Source: Desulfobacterales bacterium (GTDB lineage Bacteria > Desulfobacterota > Desulfobacteria > Desulfobacterales > UBA5852). From it: a DNA stretch of 64,000 nt. Shown here piece after piece: positions 25,900 through 36,741 of this stretch. The notes beneath the pieces were generated by a model that worked only from the letters and a program-made list of their open reading frames with translations, was not told where the DNA came from and did no database searches. Location of the stretch: the NCBI GenBank assembly GCA_963674755.2, contig CAXXVS010000003.1, positions 672,001-736,000 on the forward strand. The letters run 5' to 3'. A program made the position numbers and the translations under genes. How positions within the stretch are numbered: the first letter of the stretch is position 1; the number at the start of each line of letters is the position of its first letter.

Positions 25900-27039
25900 C
25901 TAATATAGTTCATATTTAACCAGCCGGCCGTCCAGGCCGCCCGTGGCCAGAGGCTTCTTCCAGGAGGGCTTCAGGCCCATGTTTTTGATATAGGCGCGTT
26001 CGCCGAAGTAGATAAAGGCCGTGGACCGGCGGCAGCGTTGTTTGAGAAAATCCCCCAACCGGCGGTAGAAGGCGGGCAGATCTTCCCCCTGGCTTAACCG
26101 GATGCCATAGGGCGGGTTGCAGACGATGACCTTGTCTTCGATAGCCGGGATGTCGAACGCGTCCCGCCGCTCGATGGTGATGTGGTGGTTGCGGGTGATG
26201 GCGTCCGCATTGGTACGCGCGGCCCGGACTGCGGCCGGGTCCAGATCGCTGCCGCTGATGAGGCCCGGCGGCGTCAGGACACGCTGGTTGAGCCCTTCCC
26301 GCTTGACCTGCTGCCACAGGGTATCTTTGAAGCCGGGAAGATGTTGGAAGCCGAAATGCTCCCGCAGAATCCCGGCCGGGGTGCCGGAGGCCGCCATATA
26401 GGCCTCGCACAGGAGGGTGCCGGATCCGCAGAAGGGATCCACCAGGGGGCGGCGGCCATCCCATTCCGTCAGGCGAATGACCGCTGCGGCCAACGTTTCC
26501 ACCATGGGCGCGGCGACCGTCGCGCGGCGGTAGCCCCGGCGGTGCAGGGAGCCGCCCGAGGTATCCAGGCTGATGGTGGCCTGGTTTTTTTCGATATGCA
26601 GATTGAACCAGATGTCCGGGCTACGGGTGTCGATGGAGGGGCGCCGGCCGGTGCGCTGGCGGAAGTAATCCACTACCGCATCTTTAAGGCGCAATCCGGC
26701 GAACTGGGAATGGGTGATGGCGCTGTTGGCGACCGAGGCGAAGACGGCGAAGGTGCGGTCGGGATCGAGAAAGTCCTCCCATCGGATGCCGGCCGCCCGC
26801 CGGTAGAGCGCGTCATCGGACGGACAGGGGAAGGTAACCAGCGGCGCCAGCACGCGGCTGATCAACCGGGATTGGTGGTTGATCCGGTAGAGGACCTCGG
26901 GGGCCGCGTTGAAATGAAGGCCCCGGTAGGCGCTGCTGACCGCCGATGCGCCCAGGGCATCCAGCTCTGCCGCGGCCAGGTCTTTGATATCGTTGGCCAC
27001 CTGGGCGAAATAGCGATTTGTCTTTTGATAGAGATACAT
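25900..27039 (-). CDS. THUMP-domain RNA m2G methyltransferase (RlmL-like)
   Basis: SLHRRGYR, APMVETLAA, DPFCGSGT, NPPYG. Confidence 0.92.
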   Translation of the reverse strand: MYLYQKTNRYFAQVANDIKDLAAAELDALGASAVSSAYRGLHFNAAPEVLYRINHQSRLISRVLAPLVTFPCPSDDALYRRAAGIRWEDFLDPDRTFAVFASVANSAITHSQFAGLRLKDAVVDYFRQRTGRRPSIDTRSPDIWFNLHIEKNQATISLDTSGGSLHRRGYRRATVAAPMVETLAAAVIRLTEWDGRRPLVDPFCGSGTLLCEAYMAASGTPAGILREHFGFQHLPGFKDTLWQQVKREGLNQRVLTPPGLISGSDLDPAAVRAARTNADAITRNHHITIERRDAFDIPAIEDKVIVCNPPYGIRLSQGEDLPAFYRRLGDFLKQRCRRSTAFIYFGERAYIKNMGLKPSWKKPLATGGLDGRLVKYELY

Positions 27040-27192
27040 GCGCCCCCGGGTTGTTCGAACTAGTTGAATGCAGCGTGCGACCGGCTGCGGTAATTCTTGT
27101 CAGTTGTATAAGTATATCAGACGACAGGGAGGCATGCCAAGGCAGGCGTGTCTGGATCGACCACTGATCTCAGCGGAACGGGTCCGGACGGT

Positions 27193-27381
27193 CTACTGCT
27201 CGTAGAAGATCCGGTAAGGGTGGCGATACTGGTAGACATAGGCCACACCGTCCGTGGTGTCGATGAGGAAATAATCGTAGTCGATACCCCTGGCTTCAAG
27301 CAGGGTTTTTACCACGTCGTAGCTCATGTGGTTCAGGTCGGTGACCCGGTACACCAGTCTGTAGGGGTGTTCCCGTTTCAT
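27193..27381 (-). CDS. Small Tyr-rich hypothetical protein
   Basis: GAAGGTGA before ATG 27381; 62 aa; YRHPYRIFYE. Confidence 0.6.
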   Translation of the reverse strand: MKREHPYRLVYRVTDLNHMSYDVVKTLLEARGIDYDYFLIDTTDGVAYVYQYRHPYRIFYEQ

Positions 27382-27726
27382 GCGATCACCTTCTTTCACT
27401 TATAATATAGGCATTGCATGGGTCGGATGCACACAACGGCAACGCCCGGATGGGGCGGTGCCTGACATTTGATCCAAATCCGCCGCTTTGGGCGGAGGGC
27501 CCCCCCTGTGGGCCTCATAGCGCCGGGTATCGCCGGAAACCGGAGTCCCAAAGGAAAATTGACCCGCGAAGCCGCATCTGCTATCGGGGTGATCATCTGC
27601 CGACCCGATACCGCCCGGGCCGCATGACGGACCCATTTTCAACCTCGAGACCGGACCACGTGCCGAACGCCGCCCCCGCCCGCCACCCTTGGGCGATATT
27701 GCCGGAAGGGGCCGAAAGGGTTTCCC

Positions 27727-28398
27727 ATGAGCGATGACTACCGCCGCATCGCCCCCTGGTACGATGTGTTGCTCGGTCCTTTTATCAGATCGCTGCGCCC
27801 CACGGGCTTCCGCCTTTTCCGGCCCGGACGGCATACGAACGTGCTGGAGGTGGGCTGCGGCACGGGCATGCAGCTGGCCCTTTTCAGGGCCCAGGGCTGC
27901 CGCGTAACGGGTATCGACCTGTCCACGGCCATGCTGCGGGTGGCCCGCGCGCGTCTGGACCGGGGCACACTCGTATGCCGGGGCGATGCCGCCCGCCTGC
28001 CCTACCCGGCGGAAACCTTCGATCTTGTCATGGCGACCCTGGTCCTGCACGAGATGGATCCGGCCGTGCGGTCAGCCGTGGTGGAAGACATGCTGCGGGT
28101 TATAGGGCACCATGGCCGGCTCGGCATCATCGACTACCACCCGCAGCCCCGCCCCTCGTTGAAGGGAGCCGTGGCAAGCGGCATCATCCGCGGCATCGAG
28201 CGGGCCGCCGGGCGGCGGCACTATACCAACTTCCGTCATTTCCGCGCGGCTGGAGGCATCCCCGGACTGGCCGCCCGCCACGGATTGCATATCGAGGGCT
28301 GCCAACAGGTCAGCGGCGGCAATATCGGCATCTACCGTTTGCGCCGAATGCCGCCGGGAGAAGGACCTGAAATGCAAAAGGCCCAAGGCGAGCAATGA
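27727..28398 (+). CDS. Class I SAM-dependent methyltransferase (UbiE-like fold)
   Basis: VLEVGCGTG, GIDLS..ML, GDAARLPY..FDLV. Confidence 0.9.
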   Translation: MSDDYRRIAPWYDVLLGPFIRSLRPTGFRLFRPGRHTNVLEVGCGTGMQLALFRAQGCRVTGIDLSTAMLRVARARLDRGTLVCRGDAARLPYPAETFDLVMATLVLHEMDPAVRSAVVEDMLRVIGHHGRLGIIDYHPQPRPSLKGAVASGIIRGIERAAGRRHYTNFRHFRAAGGIPGLAARHGLHIEGCQQVSGGNIGIYRLRRMPPGEGPEMQKAQGEQ

Positions 28399-28462
28399 TG
28401 ACTTCCACTCATCCGTAGCCGGATGTTAACCCTCAGGGAAAATGGTTCAAACAGGAGACACC

Positions 28463-29566
28463 ATGACGTCCAAAGTCTATTTCTGGAATCTGCGCACGTC
28501 CATGAAAATGCCCTATGACAAGCGGATCAAGAAGCTGATCAAGCGGGCGGGCATCTTTGCGGCCATCACGTCCAGGGAACTGGTGGCGGTCAAACTCCAT
28601 TTCGGCGAGGCCGGCACCACCGCTTTCATCTCACCCCTGCAGGTGGCCCCCATCGTGGCCCTCATCAAAAAAACCGGCGCCAAGCCGTTTCTGGCCGACA
28701 CCAATACCCTCTATCAGGGCCAGCGTTTCGAAGGGGTCTCCCATGCCCTGGTGGCGGCCCGGCACGGCTTCGATCCCAACATTATCGGGGCCCCGGTGGT
28801 GATCGCCGACGGCCTGTGCAGCGGCAACGCCCGGGAGATTCCTTGCAAAGGCCGGCATTTCGAGACCTGCAGTATCGCCGGCGACATTGCGGACGCCGAT
28901 GCCCTGGTGACCCTCAACCATTTCAAGGGGCATCTCCTGGCGGGCTTTGGCGGTGCCCTGAAGAACCTGGCCATGGGGTGCGCCACGGTCCAGGGCAAAA
29001 TGCAGCAGCACTGCGGCCTGGGGCCGAACCTGATGTCGAAGAAGTGCACCGGCTGCGGATCCTGCGTGGCGGCCTGCCTCTACGGAGCGCTTGCCCTGAA
29101 AAAGAAGAAGGCGGCCATCGACCGGGAGCGTTGCGTGGGCTGCGGCGCCTGCATGCACGCCTGCGAATTCGGGGCCCTCATGATCGACTGGAAGGCGGAC
29201 ACGCCGGTATTCCTCGAACGGCTGGTGGAATATGCAGCGGCGGCCTTGGCCCCCCATCCCAAGACCGCCCACATCACATTTGTGACGCATGTCAGTCCCG
29301 GTTGCGACTGCGAGGGGCATTCGGACGCGCCCATCTGCCCGGACATCGGGGTGCTGGCCTCCAACGATCCCGTGGCCGTGGACCAGGCTGCCCTGGACAT
29401 GGTGAACCAGGCCCCCCCGTCCTACCCGAGCGCGCTGCCCAAAGATCTGGCCGCCGGCGCCGACAAGTTCAAGGCCCTCCATGCGGACGTCGACGGGACC
29501 TACGCCCTGGACTATGCCGAAAAACTGGGCCTGGGAAGCCGGACCTACGAACTGGTTCAATCCTGA
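28463..29566 (+). CDS. DUF362 protein with 2x[4Fe-4S] ferredoxin domain
   Basis: KLHFGE, HFKGH..GGALKNL, two CxxCxxCxxxC, GCDC, DPVAVDQA; AGGAGA RBS. Confidence 0.9.
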   Translation: MTSKVYFWNLRTSMKMPYDKRIKKLIKRAGIFAAITSRELVAVKLHFGEAGTTAFISPLQVAPIVALIKKTGAKPFLADTNTLYQGQRFEGVSHALVAARHGFDPNIIGAPVVIADGLCSGNAREIPCKGRHFETCSIAGDIADADALVTLNHFKGHLLAGFGGALKNLAMGCATVQGKMQQHCGLGPNLMSKKCTGCGSCVAACLYGALALKKKKAAIDRERCVGCGACMHACEFGALMIDWKADTPVFLERLVEYAAAALAPHPKTAHITFVTHVSPGCDCEGHSDAPICPDIGVLASNDPVAVDQAALDMVNQAPPSYPSALPKDLAAGADKFKALHADVDGTYALDYAEKLGLGSRTYELVQS

Positions 29567-29709
29567 CATTTCAACCCCCGGCCGACCCCGGTCCTGACGG
29601 CGGGCGTCGGCCAGGGGGTTGTCGATGGCGAAAACAATGCCCATTTCTATTCAGGCAGACCGCTGGGGATTTTGCCGCCGGACATGAACCCGCAATCAGG
29701 GAGGCGATC

Positions 29710-30243
29710 ATGGTGGAATCGAATCCGTTGTCAGGTTTTGCGATTGTAGCCGGAATGCCATCGGAAGCGCTGGCCGAGATGGGGCGGCGGACGACCGTCA
29801 AGACCTTCGGGGCCGGAGACGTCCTTTTTGAGGAGGGCGTCCTGGCGACCGAGCTCTACGGCCTCCTGGAAGGCGAGGTCACCCTGAGCCTGGTTTTCCA
29901 GGACCGGGTGCTCAAGGCGGATGTCCGCCACGAGGAATACGTGCACAAACGGGTGGAAGTGATCGAGCAGGAAATGGTTTTCGAGACCATCGAGCCCGGT
30001 GAGATTTTTGCCTGGTCGGCCCTGATTCCCCCCCACCAGCTGACCGCCACCGCCCGCTGTACCGTACCCACGCGGGTGGTGGCCTTGCCGGCCGAGGACC
30101 TGGAGGACATTTTAGCGCGCCATCCCGAGGCCGGCGGACTGTTCATGAAGCATCTGGCCGAAGTGATCGCCCGGCGGCTGCGGCAGCGCACCGACAAGCT
30201 CATCGCAAGCTGGTATCAGGCCTTCGGGGAGGAGCGCCTGTGA
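29710..30243 (+). CDS. Stand-alone cyclic-nucleotide-binding-domain protein
   Basis: GDVLFEEG..LYGLLEGEV..PGEIFAWSAL..TATA; GGAGG before ATG 29710. Confidence 0.8.
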   Translation: MVESNPLSGFAIVAGMPSEALAEMGRRTTVKTFGAGDVLFEEGVLATELYGLLEGEVTLSLVFQDRVLKADVRHEEYVHKRVEVIEQEMVFETIEPGEIFAWSALIPPHQLTATARCTVPTRVVALPAEDLEDILARHPEAGGLFMKHLAEVIARRLRQRTDKLIASWYQAFGEERL

Positions 30244-30267
30244 GGGCGATCCGGCAGGGAGCCGGCT

Positions 30268-31104
30268 TTGAACGGAACTGAAACGGACGCCTGGGCCCCC
30301 CAGGATTTCGCCGATCTGCAGACGGCCGTCGGGCTGCTGGAACGAACGCCCTTCATCGCCCGCCTGACGCATTTCGCCGGGCAGCCCATCGAAAAGATGA
30401 TGACCACCCTGCCGCAGCCGGTCGCCGCGGGTGTTCACGGCGCGGTCCGGGCCACCGTGACCCGCTTGCTGGGTCTGGCCCTGAAGACCATGGACGGAAG
30501 CGCCCACCCGAAGCCCTCCCGACGGCTCCATAAAATGGCCGGCGGCCTGAGCGGCGCCGTGGGCGGGGCCTTCGGCCTGTCCGCGCTGGCCGTCGAGTTG
30601 CCCCTTTCCACCGCCATCATGCTGCGCGCCATTGCCGCTATCGCCCGCAGCGAGGGGGAGGATCTGGCAACGGTGGAAAGCCGCCTGGCCTGCCTGGAGG
30701 TTTTCGCCCTGGGGGGACGGGGTTCAGCGGACGATGCGGCCGATACCGGTTATTATGCCGTGCGGGCTTCCCTGGCCAAGACCTTGAGCGAGGCCGCCCA
30801 GTATATCGCCCGCAAGGGGCTGACGGATAAGGGCGCCCCGGTGCTGGTGCGCCTGATGACCCAGATCGCTTCCCGGTTAGGCGTCCTGGTTTCGGAAAAA
30901 GCGGCCGTCCAGGCGGTGCCTGTTATCGGGGCGGCCGGCGGGGCGGCCATCAATCTGCTGTTCATCGATCATTTCCAGGACACCGCCCGGGGGCATTTCA
31001 TCGTGCGCCGTCTGGAACGGACGTATGGGAAAGAAGCGGTGCAGCACGCTTACCATGAACTGCGCCGGTTCGGCGCAGCATCATCCACCGAATCCCCGGA
31101 ATGA
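30268..31104 (+). CDS. EcsC family protein
   Basis: ELPLST.IMLRAIA.IARSEGED, VPVIGAAGGAAIN, HFIVRRLER. Confidence 0.85.
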   Translation: MNGTETDAWAPQDFADLQTAVGLLERTPFIARLTHFAGQPIEKMMTTLPQPVAAGVHGAVRATVTRLLGLALKTMDGSAHPKPSRRLHKMAGGLSGAVGGAFGLSALAVELPLSTAIMLRAIAAIARSEGEDLATVESRLACLEVFALGGRGSADDAADTGYYAVRASLAKTLSEAAQYIARKGLTDKGAPVLVRLMTQIASRLGVLVSEKAAVQAVPVIGAAGGAAINLLFIDHFQDTARGHFIVRRLERTYGKEAVQHAYHELRRFGAASSTESPE

Positions 31105-31122
31105 GGATCGAAAGGAATCCCC

Positions 31123-31668
31123 GTGCGCGTGGCATTGTGTATCATCATGCTGGTTTTGGGCGGATGTGTCGCCGTTCCGGATGGTGTCGAACCGGTGCGG
31201 GAATTCGAACTGGTCCGCTATCTGGGGCGCTGGTATGAGATCGCACGCCTGGACCATTCTTTCGAAAGGGGGCTCACCCGGGTGACGGCCGACTACAGCC
31301 TGCGGGAGGACGGGCGTGTGCGCGTCCTCAACCGCGGCTACCGTCCGAAGGAGGACCGCTGGGAGACCGCCGAGGGGGTGGCCGATTTCGTGGGCCCTTC
31401 GGATGTGGGGCGCCTCAAGGTGTCCTTTTTCGGACCTTTCTACGGTGCCTACAACATCATCGCCCTGGATAAAGCCCACTACGGCTATGCATTGGTGTGC
31501 GGCCCGGATCGATCCTATTTGTGGATTCTATCCCGGGAGCCCCGTCTGGACCCGGCCGTGTTTGAAGATCTTGCGGGTCGTGCCCAAGACCTGGGGTTCG
31601 CTGTTGAGGCGCTGATCCGGGTGAATCAGGAACCGGTTGACCGCACCCGGGCTGGCGATCAATTTTAG
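31123..31668 (+). CDS. blc: Bacterial lipocalin lipoprotein
   Basis: Lipobox LGGC; YLGRWYEIARLDHSFERG, LKVSFFGPFYG, YLWILSR. Confidence 0.92.
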   Translation: MRVALCIIMLVLGGCVAVPDGVEPVREFELVRYLGRWYEIARLDHSFERGLTRVTADYSLREDGRVRVLNRGYRPKEDRWETAEGVADFVGPSDVGRLKVSFFGPFYGAYNIIALDKAHYGYALVCGPDRSYLWILSREPRLDPAVFEDLAGRAQDLGFAVEALIRVNQEPVDRTRAGDQF

Positions 31669-31718
31669 TTCATGGATCCCTTTTGGACACTGCCCGGGGA
31701 CGGCAGGTAAGGCGCTCT

Positions 31719-33776
31719 CTATGGGCGGCCCGTCGTATTCTCCGCCAGGCTGGTCATGGCGGTCTGAATATAGGCGTTAAGCTCTTTTGACATTTCCCGG
31801 GTCCGCTGTTCATCATGGACGGCTTCCGCCCGGGGTGCGGGGTAAAGCTGATAGGTGCTGAGGACGAAGCGATCGTCCTGGGTCCGGGTCAGCACATAAT
31901 CGCCTTTGATGAGCGCCGTGGTCTGATCGCTTCCGGACGGCTTGATGACGCCGAACCCGGGATCGTCAGCCGGCAGCGCCAGCAAGTCGCGCCCCCAGCA
32001 TTGATGAACAAAGGGCTGGCCCAGCAGGCCGACAATCGTGGGCACCAGATCCACCTGGGTTCCGACAACGGAGGTCCGGCTTCCGTAGGCTTCGCGGATT
32101 CCCGGTCCGATCAGCAGCAGCGGCACATGGTACATCAGGATATCGATGCCGGCCAGCTGCTTTGGTACGCCGAAACCGTGGTCGCCGGTAATGGCAAAGA
32201 GGGTGTCGCGGTAGTAGGGTGATTTTTTAGCCGCTTTGAAAAACCGGCCCAGCGCCCAGTCCGAATACTTCATGGCCGTGAGGTGTTCCGCCAATGGACC
32301 GGTATCCGCCGGCAGGGGATCGAAGGGCAGGGGGGACGGCAGCACATAGGGCGTGTGGTTGGACAGGGTTTGCAGGACAGCGAAGAAAGGCTGGTTTTGG
32401 GCGGCCTTGTCTAGCTCGGTCAGGGCCTTGTCGAACATGTCCTCGTCGGACACCCCCCAGGTGGGATTGACGACTTTGGGATTGCGGTAATCCTGCCGGC
32501 CGACGAAGCGGGTCATGCCCTGGTTGCGGAAAAAACCCTCCTGATTGTCCCAGGCGAAATCCCCGTTATAGACGTACAGGTCGTTGAAGCCCCGTTCTTT
32601 CAGCAGAACGGGCAGCCCGGAAAAGGCATTGCTCCCCTGGGGCTGCTGCATCAGGTATTCATGGCCGGGAAGGTTGGGGAAAGAGGCCAGCGAGGCAAAC
32701 ATGCCCTGGTGGGTGTGGGTGCCGTTGGAAAAAAAGTGGTCGAATAAAAGCCCTTCCCGGGCCAGTTTGTCAAATTCCGGGGTAACGCCGTAATCCCGCT
32801 GCAAGGCGCCCACGAATTCAGCCGAAAAGCTCTCCATGATGATCACGACCACATTCTTGATGCGGTTGGGGGCCAGCTTGGATACCGGGCGATGCTCGCG
32901 CAGAACCGCATACCGGTCGGGATCGAGCAGCTTGTCGCGTCCGGTCACCAGCATGCCCCGCGTGACGGCGGTCGCTTCGTCACGGGGCAGGGCGCGCAGC
33001 CATTTCTCCCCTTTTTTTTGGCTTTCGACATCTTCCACGGCCTTGGCCAGCGTGAAGGTGCCGTTCAGGCTGAGGTGATTCGCGAAGGTGTTGGAACTGA
33101 AGTAGGCATCGCCCCATCGCAGGGGGGGGCCGGACCGCAGGGTTCCCCGGGCGCCGGTGACACCGAGCAGAACGACCAGGAGAAACGCCAGAATGTGAAC
33201 CGCGGGGCGATAGGCAGGCCGCAGCCGCTTACCGTAGGCGGGGACATGCTTGTTCACCAGCAGCAGGCCGCCCATGTACAAACTCCAGAGAAAAGCGCAC
33301 AGCAGGAGATAGCGGACCACCGGGAAACCGAACCACAACATTTGCAGAACGGTCTTTGGATCCTCTTTCAGGTACTGAAAAGCGATGCTGTTCAGCCGGG
33401 CATGAAATTCATGGTAAAAATCCAACTCGGCAATGCCGAGAAAAATGCAGACGGCGCCGCAGAACCCCAGCCAGTACAGGCAAGCCCTGCGCCATCCGGC
33501 GCTGACGGGAAAAAGGAGCATGAAGCCGAGGGGCAGCATGCAGTAGCAGACGATGATCAAATCGAAACGCAGGCCCACCCCAAAGGCCGTGACCAGGCTC
33601 GCGGTGGGAATGTCAGCGGTCAGATCGAAATTGCGATAAAGCAGCAGCGCCCTGAGCAGCGAAAAGGTGACCAGGAAAACCAACGCGCATCCGAGCAGAA
33701 ACAAGATCTGGGTGCGTACCTCTTGAAAGGGCGTTATCCCTTTTTGGGGGGTACGATTCTCTATTGATGGCATCAT
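31719..33776 (-). CDS. LTA synthase / phosphoglycerol transferase family sulfatase
   Basis: About 5 N-terminal TMs; IIMESF, GTHT, TLSNHTPY, GDHG. Confidence 0.9.
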   Translation of the reverse strand: MMPSIENRTPQKGITPFQEVRTQILFLLGCALVFLVTFSLLRALLLYRNFDLTADIPTASLVTAFGVGLRFDLIIVCYCMLPLGFMLLFPVSAGWRRACLYWLGFCGAVCIFLGIAELDFYHEFHARLNSIAFQYLKEDPKTVLQMLWFGFPVVRYLLLCAFLWSLYMGGLLLVNKHVPAYGKRLRPAYRPAVHILAFLLVVLLGVTGARGTLRSGPPLRWGDAYFSSNTFANHLSLNGTFTLAKAVEDVESQKKGEKWLRALPRDEATAVTRGMLVTGRDKLLDPDRYAVLREHRPVSKLAPNRIKNVVVIIMESFSAEFVGALQRDYGVTPEFDKLAREGLLFDHFFSNGTHTHQGMFASLASFPNLPGHEYLMQQPQGSNAFSGLPVLLKERGFNDLYVYNGDFAWDNQEGFFRNQGMTRFVGRQDYRNPKVVNPTWGVSDEDMFDKALTELDKAAQNQPFFAVLQTLSNHTPYVLPSPLPFDPLPADTGPLAEHLTAMKYSDWALGRFFKAAKKSPYYRDTLFAITGDHGFGVPKQLAGIDILMYHVPLLLIGPGIREAYGSRTSVVGTQVDLVPTIVGLLGQPFVHQCWGRDLLALPADDPGFGVIKPSGSDQTTALIKGDYVLTRTQDDRFVLSTYQLYPAPRAEAVHDEQRTREMSKELNAYIQTAMTSLAENTTGRP

Positions 33777-34004
33777 GCAACCACTTCTAATTAGGATTAA
33801 CGATAACAAAGGGATTATGACGCGATATCCACAAAAGGTTTACTTATATTGTATGGATAATGATGACAACATGATCTGCAGATTATCTTTTGGCAATATA
33901 CCCGGCATGGCCCGGCTATGAAAATGGAAAGGGGGAGGCTTTTTCCGATCGTGACCGAGCAGGAACCGGTTGACCGCCGGCCGGCCGGCAGGCATGATGG
34001 GCGT

Positions 34005-34688
34005 ATGCTGTCCACCCCATTTGACGACGATGCCTGCCGCGATGGCCTTCGGGAACGGATTACCGCCAACCTGCGCCGTTTCACGGTGTGCGCCAAGAAC
34101 GGCCCTGCGAAACGGCGGGCGGCCGTGGCCGTCACGGTGGTGGAGGCGGGCCACGGGGCGGAGGTCGACGGCCTGCCCCGTCATCCGCAGTGGGATACCC
34201 GCGCCGCGGTCGTCCTGACCCGCCGGGCCGCCGGCCTGCGCCATCATGCCGGCCAGTGGGCCTTTCCCGGCGGACGCACGGAGGATGGGGAGCGACCGGA
34301 AGAGGCAGCATTGCGGGAACTTGCCGAGGAGGTGGGGCTGCAATTGACCTCCGACCGGATCATGGGCCACCTGGATGATTTCACCACCCGCTCCGGTTTC
34401 ACCATTACGCCGGTGGTGGTCTGGGGCGGCCCCGTACGCCGGCTGACGCCCAACCCCGGGGAAGTGGCCTCGGTGCATCGCATTCCTGTCCAGGAATTGA
34501 TGCGGCCGGATGCGCCCATCCTCGAGTCCATTCCCGCCAGCCGGCACCCCGTGCTCCTCATGCCGGTAGGACGCAGCTGGATTGCCGCCCCCACGGCCGC
34601 CATCCTTTACCAGTTCCGTGAAGTTGCGATCCGGGGCCGCGCCACCCGCGTGGCCCACTACGAACAGCCCTACTTTGCCTGGCGATAA
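34005..34688 (+). CDS. Nudix CoA pyrophosphatase
   Basis: LTRRA..LRHHAGQWAFPGG, ALRELAEEVG. Confidence 0.9.
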   Translation: MLSTPFDDDACRDGLRERITANLRRFTVCAKNGPAKRRAAVAVTVVEAGHGAEVDGLPRHPQWDTRAAVVLTRRAAGLRHHAGQWAFPGGRTEDGERPEEAALRELAEEVGLQLTSDRIMGHLDDFTTRSGFTITPVVVWGGPVRRLTPNPGEVASVHRIPVQELMRPDAPILESIPASRHPVLLMPVGRSWIAAPTAAILYQFREVAIRGRATRVAHYEQPYFAWR

Positions 34689-34739
34689 ACGCCGCGGCGT
34701 CGTTTCCCAAAACCCTTTCACAAGGGACGACGGTTGGCC

Positions 34740-36200
34740 ATGGGTGACCAGATTACGATTTCCCTCTGGCTATTTCTCCTCCTGCTAGTGGTGGCCTTAA
34801 TCGCCGTTCTCGATCGGGTGTTGATTCCCAGCACGCGGTGGTTCCTGCGCCGGCGGATCAACCGCGTGATCGATGAAATCGGAACCCGCCTGGACATCGA
34901 GATCCGTCCCTTTCAGCTCACCAAGCGCCAGGTGCTCATCGACCGGCTGGCGTTCGATCCCCTGGTTATCGAGGCCGTCCAGGAGTATGCCCAGGCCAGC
35001 GACATGCCCCTTGAAGTCGTACAGAAAAAGGTCATTGGCTATGCTAAGGAAATCGTGCCCTCCTTCAACGCCTATCTGTATTTCCGCATTGGCTACTGGG
35101 TGGCCAAAAAAATCGCGCGGCTGCTTTACCGGGTGCGTGTGGGCGTGATCGAAAACGAGGCTTACCGCACCGTCGATCCCGACTCAACCGTCGTTTTCGT
35201 CATGAATCACCGCTCCAACATGGATTATATCCTGGTTGCCTTTCTGGCCGCCGAGCGCACCACACTGTCCTATGCGGTGGGGGAGTGGGCCAAGATTTGG
35301 CCCCTGCATATGCTCATCCGGGCTATGGGGGCTTTTTTTGTCCGTCGCAGGTCGGGCAATCCCCTCTACCGGCGGGTGTTGGAGCGCTACATCCACATGG
35401 CCACCCGCGAGGGGGTCTGCCAGGCCGTCTTCCTGGAAGGCGGCCTCAGCCGTGACGGACGTCTGCGTGAGCCCAGGCTGGGACTGGTGGACTACATGCT
35501 CCGGGGGTACGATCCGGGCCGGGACCGGGACATCGTTTTCATCCCGGTGGGCATCAACTACGACCGCACCCTGGAGGACCGCAGCCTGTTGCGGGCCCTG
35601 GACCCGGAGATCCCAAAACGCAGCGGATGGTTCGTGATACGGACCACGGTTCGGTTCATCACCCGCAGCCTGGTCCTGATGGTCTTGAGCCGCTGGCGGC
35701 GTTACGGCTACGCCTGCGTCAACTTCGGCACCCCCCTGTCGGTGCGGACCTACTGCCGGGAACAGAACCTGCAATTCAACACCTTGCCGCGATCCGAACG
35801 TTTCCACCAGGTTGAGCGGTTTTGCCGGCGCATCATGCGGGCGATCGCGGATGAAGTTCCGGTGCTGCCGGTCTCCTTGGTCGCCAACGTTTTTCTGGAT
35901 GCTCGTGGGGAGGGTATGGACATCCTGGAGATCGAGCGGCGTATCAACCGGATGCACAGCGCCCTCGCCAGGCGGGGGGCGCCGGTTTTCGAGGTGCTCC
36001 GGAGCACCCGGGCCCGGGTGATTTCCGAAGCGCTCCGCATGCTGTTGCTGCGGCGTCTCGTGACGGAGGATCATGGCGTGTTCCGGGCCGTGCCTGAAGA
36101 AAGGGCGGTTATTGCCTACTATGCCAACGCCATTGCCCACTGGTGGGATGCACCTGCTGCGGCAGAGGCCTCCAAGGAATCGAGGAAACCAGCACCATGA
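34740..36200 (+). CDS. Glycerol-3-phosphate acyltransferase (PlsB-like)
   Basis: NHRSNMD, GAFFVRR, FLEGGLSRDG, IPVGINYD. Confidence 0.9.
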   Translation: MGDQITISLWLFLLLLVVALIAVLDRVLIPSTRWFLRRRINRVIDEIGTRLDIEIRPFQLTKRQVLIDRLAFDPLVIEAVQEYAQASDMPLEVVQKKVIGYAKEIVPSFNAYLYFRIGYWVAKKIARLLYRVRVGVIENEAYRTVDPDSTVVFVMNHRSNMDYILVAFLAAERTTLSYAVGEWAKIWPLHMLIRAMGAFFVRRRSGNPLYRRVLERYIHMATREGVCQAVFLEGGLSRDGRLREPRLGLVDYMLRGYDPGRDRDIVFIPVGINYDRTLEDRSLLRALDPEIPKRSGWFVIRTTVRFITRSLVLMVLSRWRRYGYACVNFGTPLSVRTYCREQNLQFNTLPRSERFHQVERFCRRIMRAIADEVPVLPVSLVANVFLDARGEGMDILEIERRINRMHSALARRGAPVFEVLRSTRARVISEALRMLLLRRLVTEDHGVFRAVPEERAVIAYYANAIAHWWDAPAAAEASKESRKPAP

Positions 36201-36700
36201 CAGAATTGACGATCGTCAACGGGTATCGCCCGGGGGCCATCGGCCGGGTGGCCCAGCTGCACGGCGAATACTACCACCGCCAGTGGGGATTCGGCCTGTT
36301 TTTCGAAGCCAAGGTGGCCACCGAATTGGCAGCTTTTTTAAGCCGCTGCGACGAAACCCGGGACGGCTTCTGGACGGCGGAGGCCAATGGACGGGTGGAA
36401 GGCGCCATCGTCATCGACGGCCAGGACGCGTCCGGGGCCGGGGCGCACCTGCGGTGGTTCATCGTGTCCGACGTCTTGCGGGGCCGGGGGGCGGGCCATC
36501 GTCTCCTGGAAACAGCCATGGATTTCTGCCGCCGGAAGGGGTATTCTAAAGTGTATCTGTGGACTTTTGAAGGCCTGACGGCGGCGCGCCATCTCTACCA
36601 CAAATATGGGTTTGCCCTGGCAGAGCAGCGCCGGGGCGCCCAATGGGGTGTTACGGTCCATGAGCAGCGGTTTGTCTGGTCCGGCACGCCCGAGCACTGA
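36197..36700 (+). CDS. GNAT N-acetyltransferase
   Basis: AHLRWFIV..RGRGAG, ARHLY.KYGF; ATGA overlap. Confidence 0.9.
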   Translation: MTELTIVNGYRPGAIGRVAQLHGEYYHRQWGFGLFFEAKVATELAAFLSRCDETRDGFWTAEANGRVEGAIVIDGQDASGAGAHLRWFIVSDVLRGRGAGHRLLETAMDFCRRKGYSKVYLWTFEGLTAARHLYHKYGFALAEQRRGAQWGVTVHEQRFVWSGTPEH

Positions 36701-36741
36701 TGCGGCGGGGCGCGGCCGACACCAAAGAGGAAGGATCACCA

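Noticed and set aside
28816..29709. N-terminal extension of the 475-aa ORF
   Set aside because: Overlaps the DUF362 gene out of frame; RBS supports start 29710
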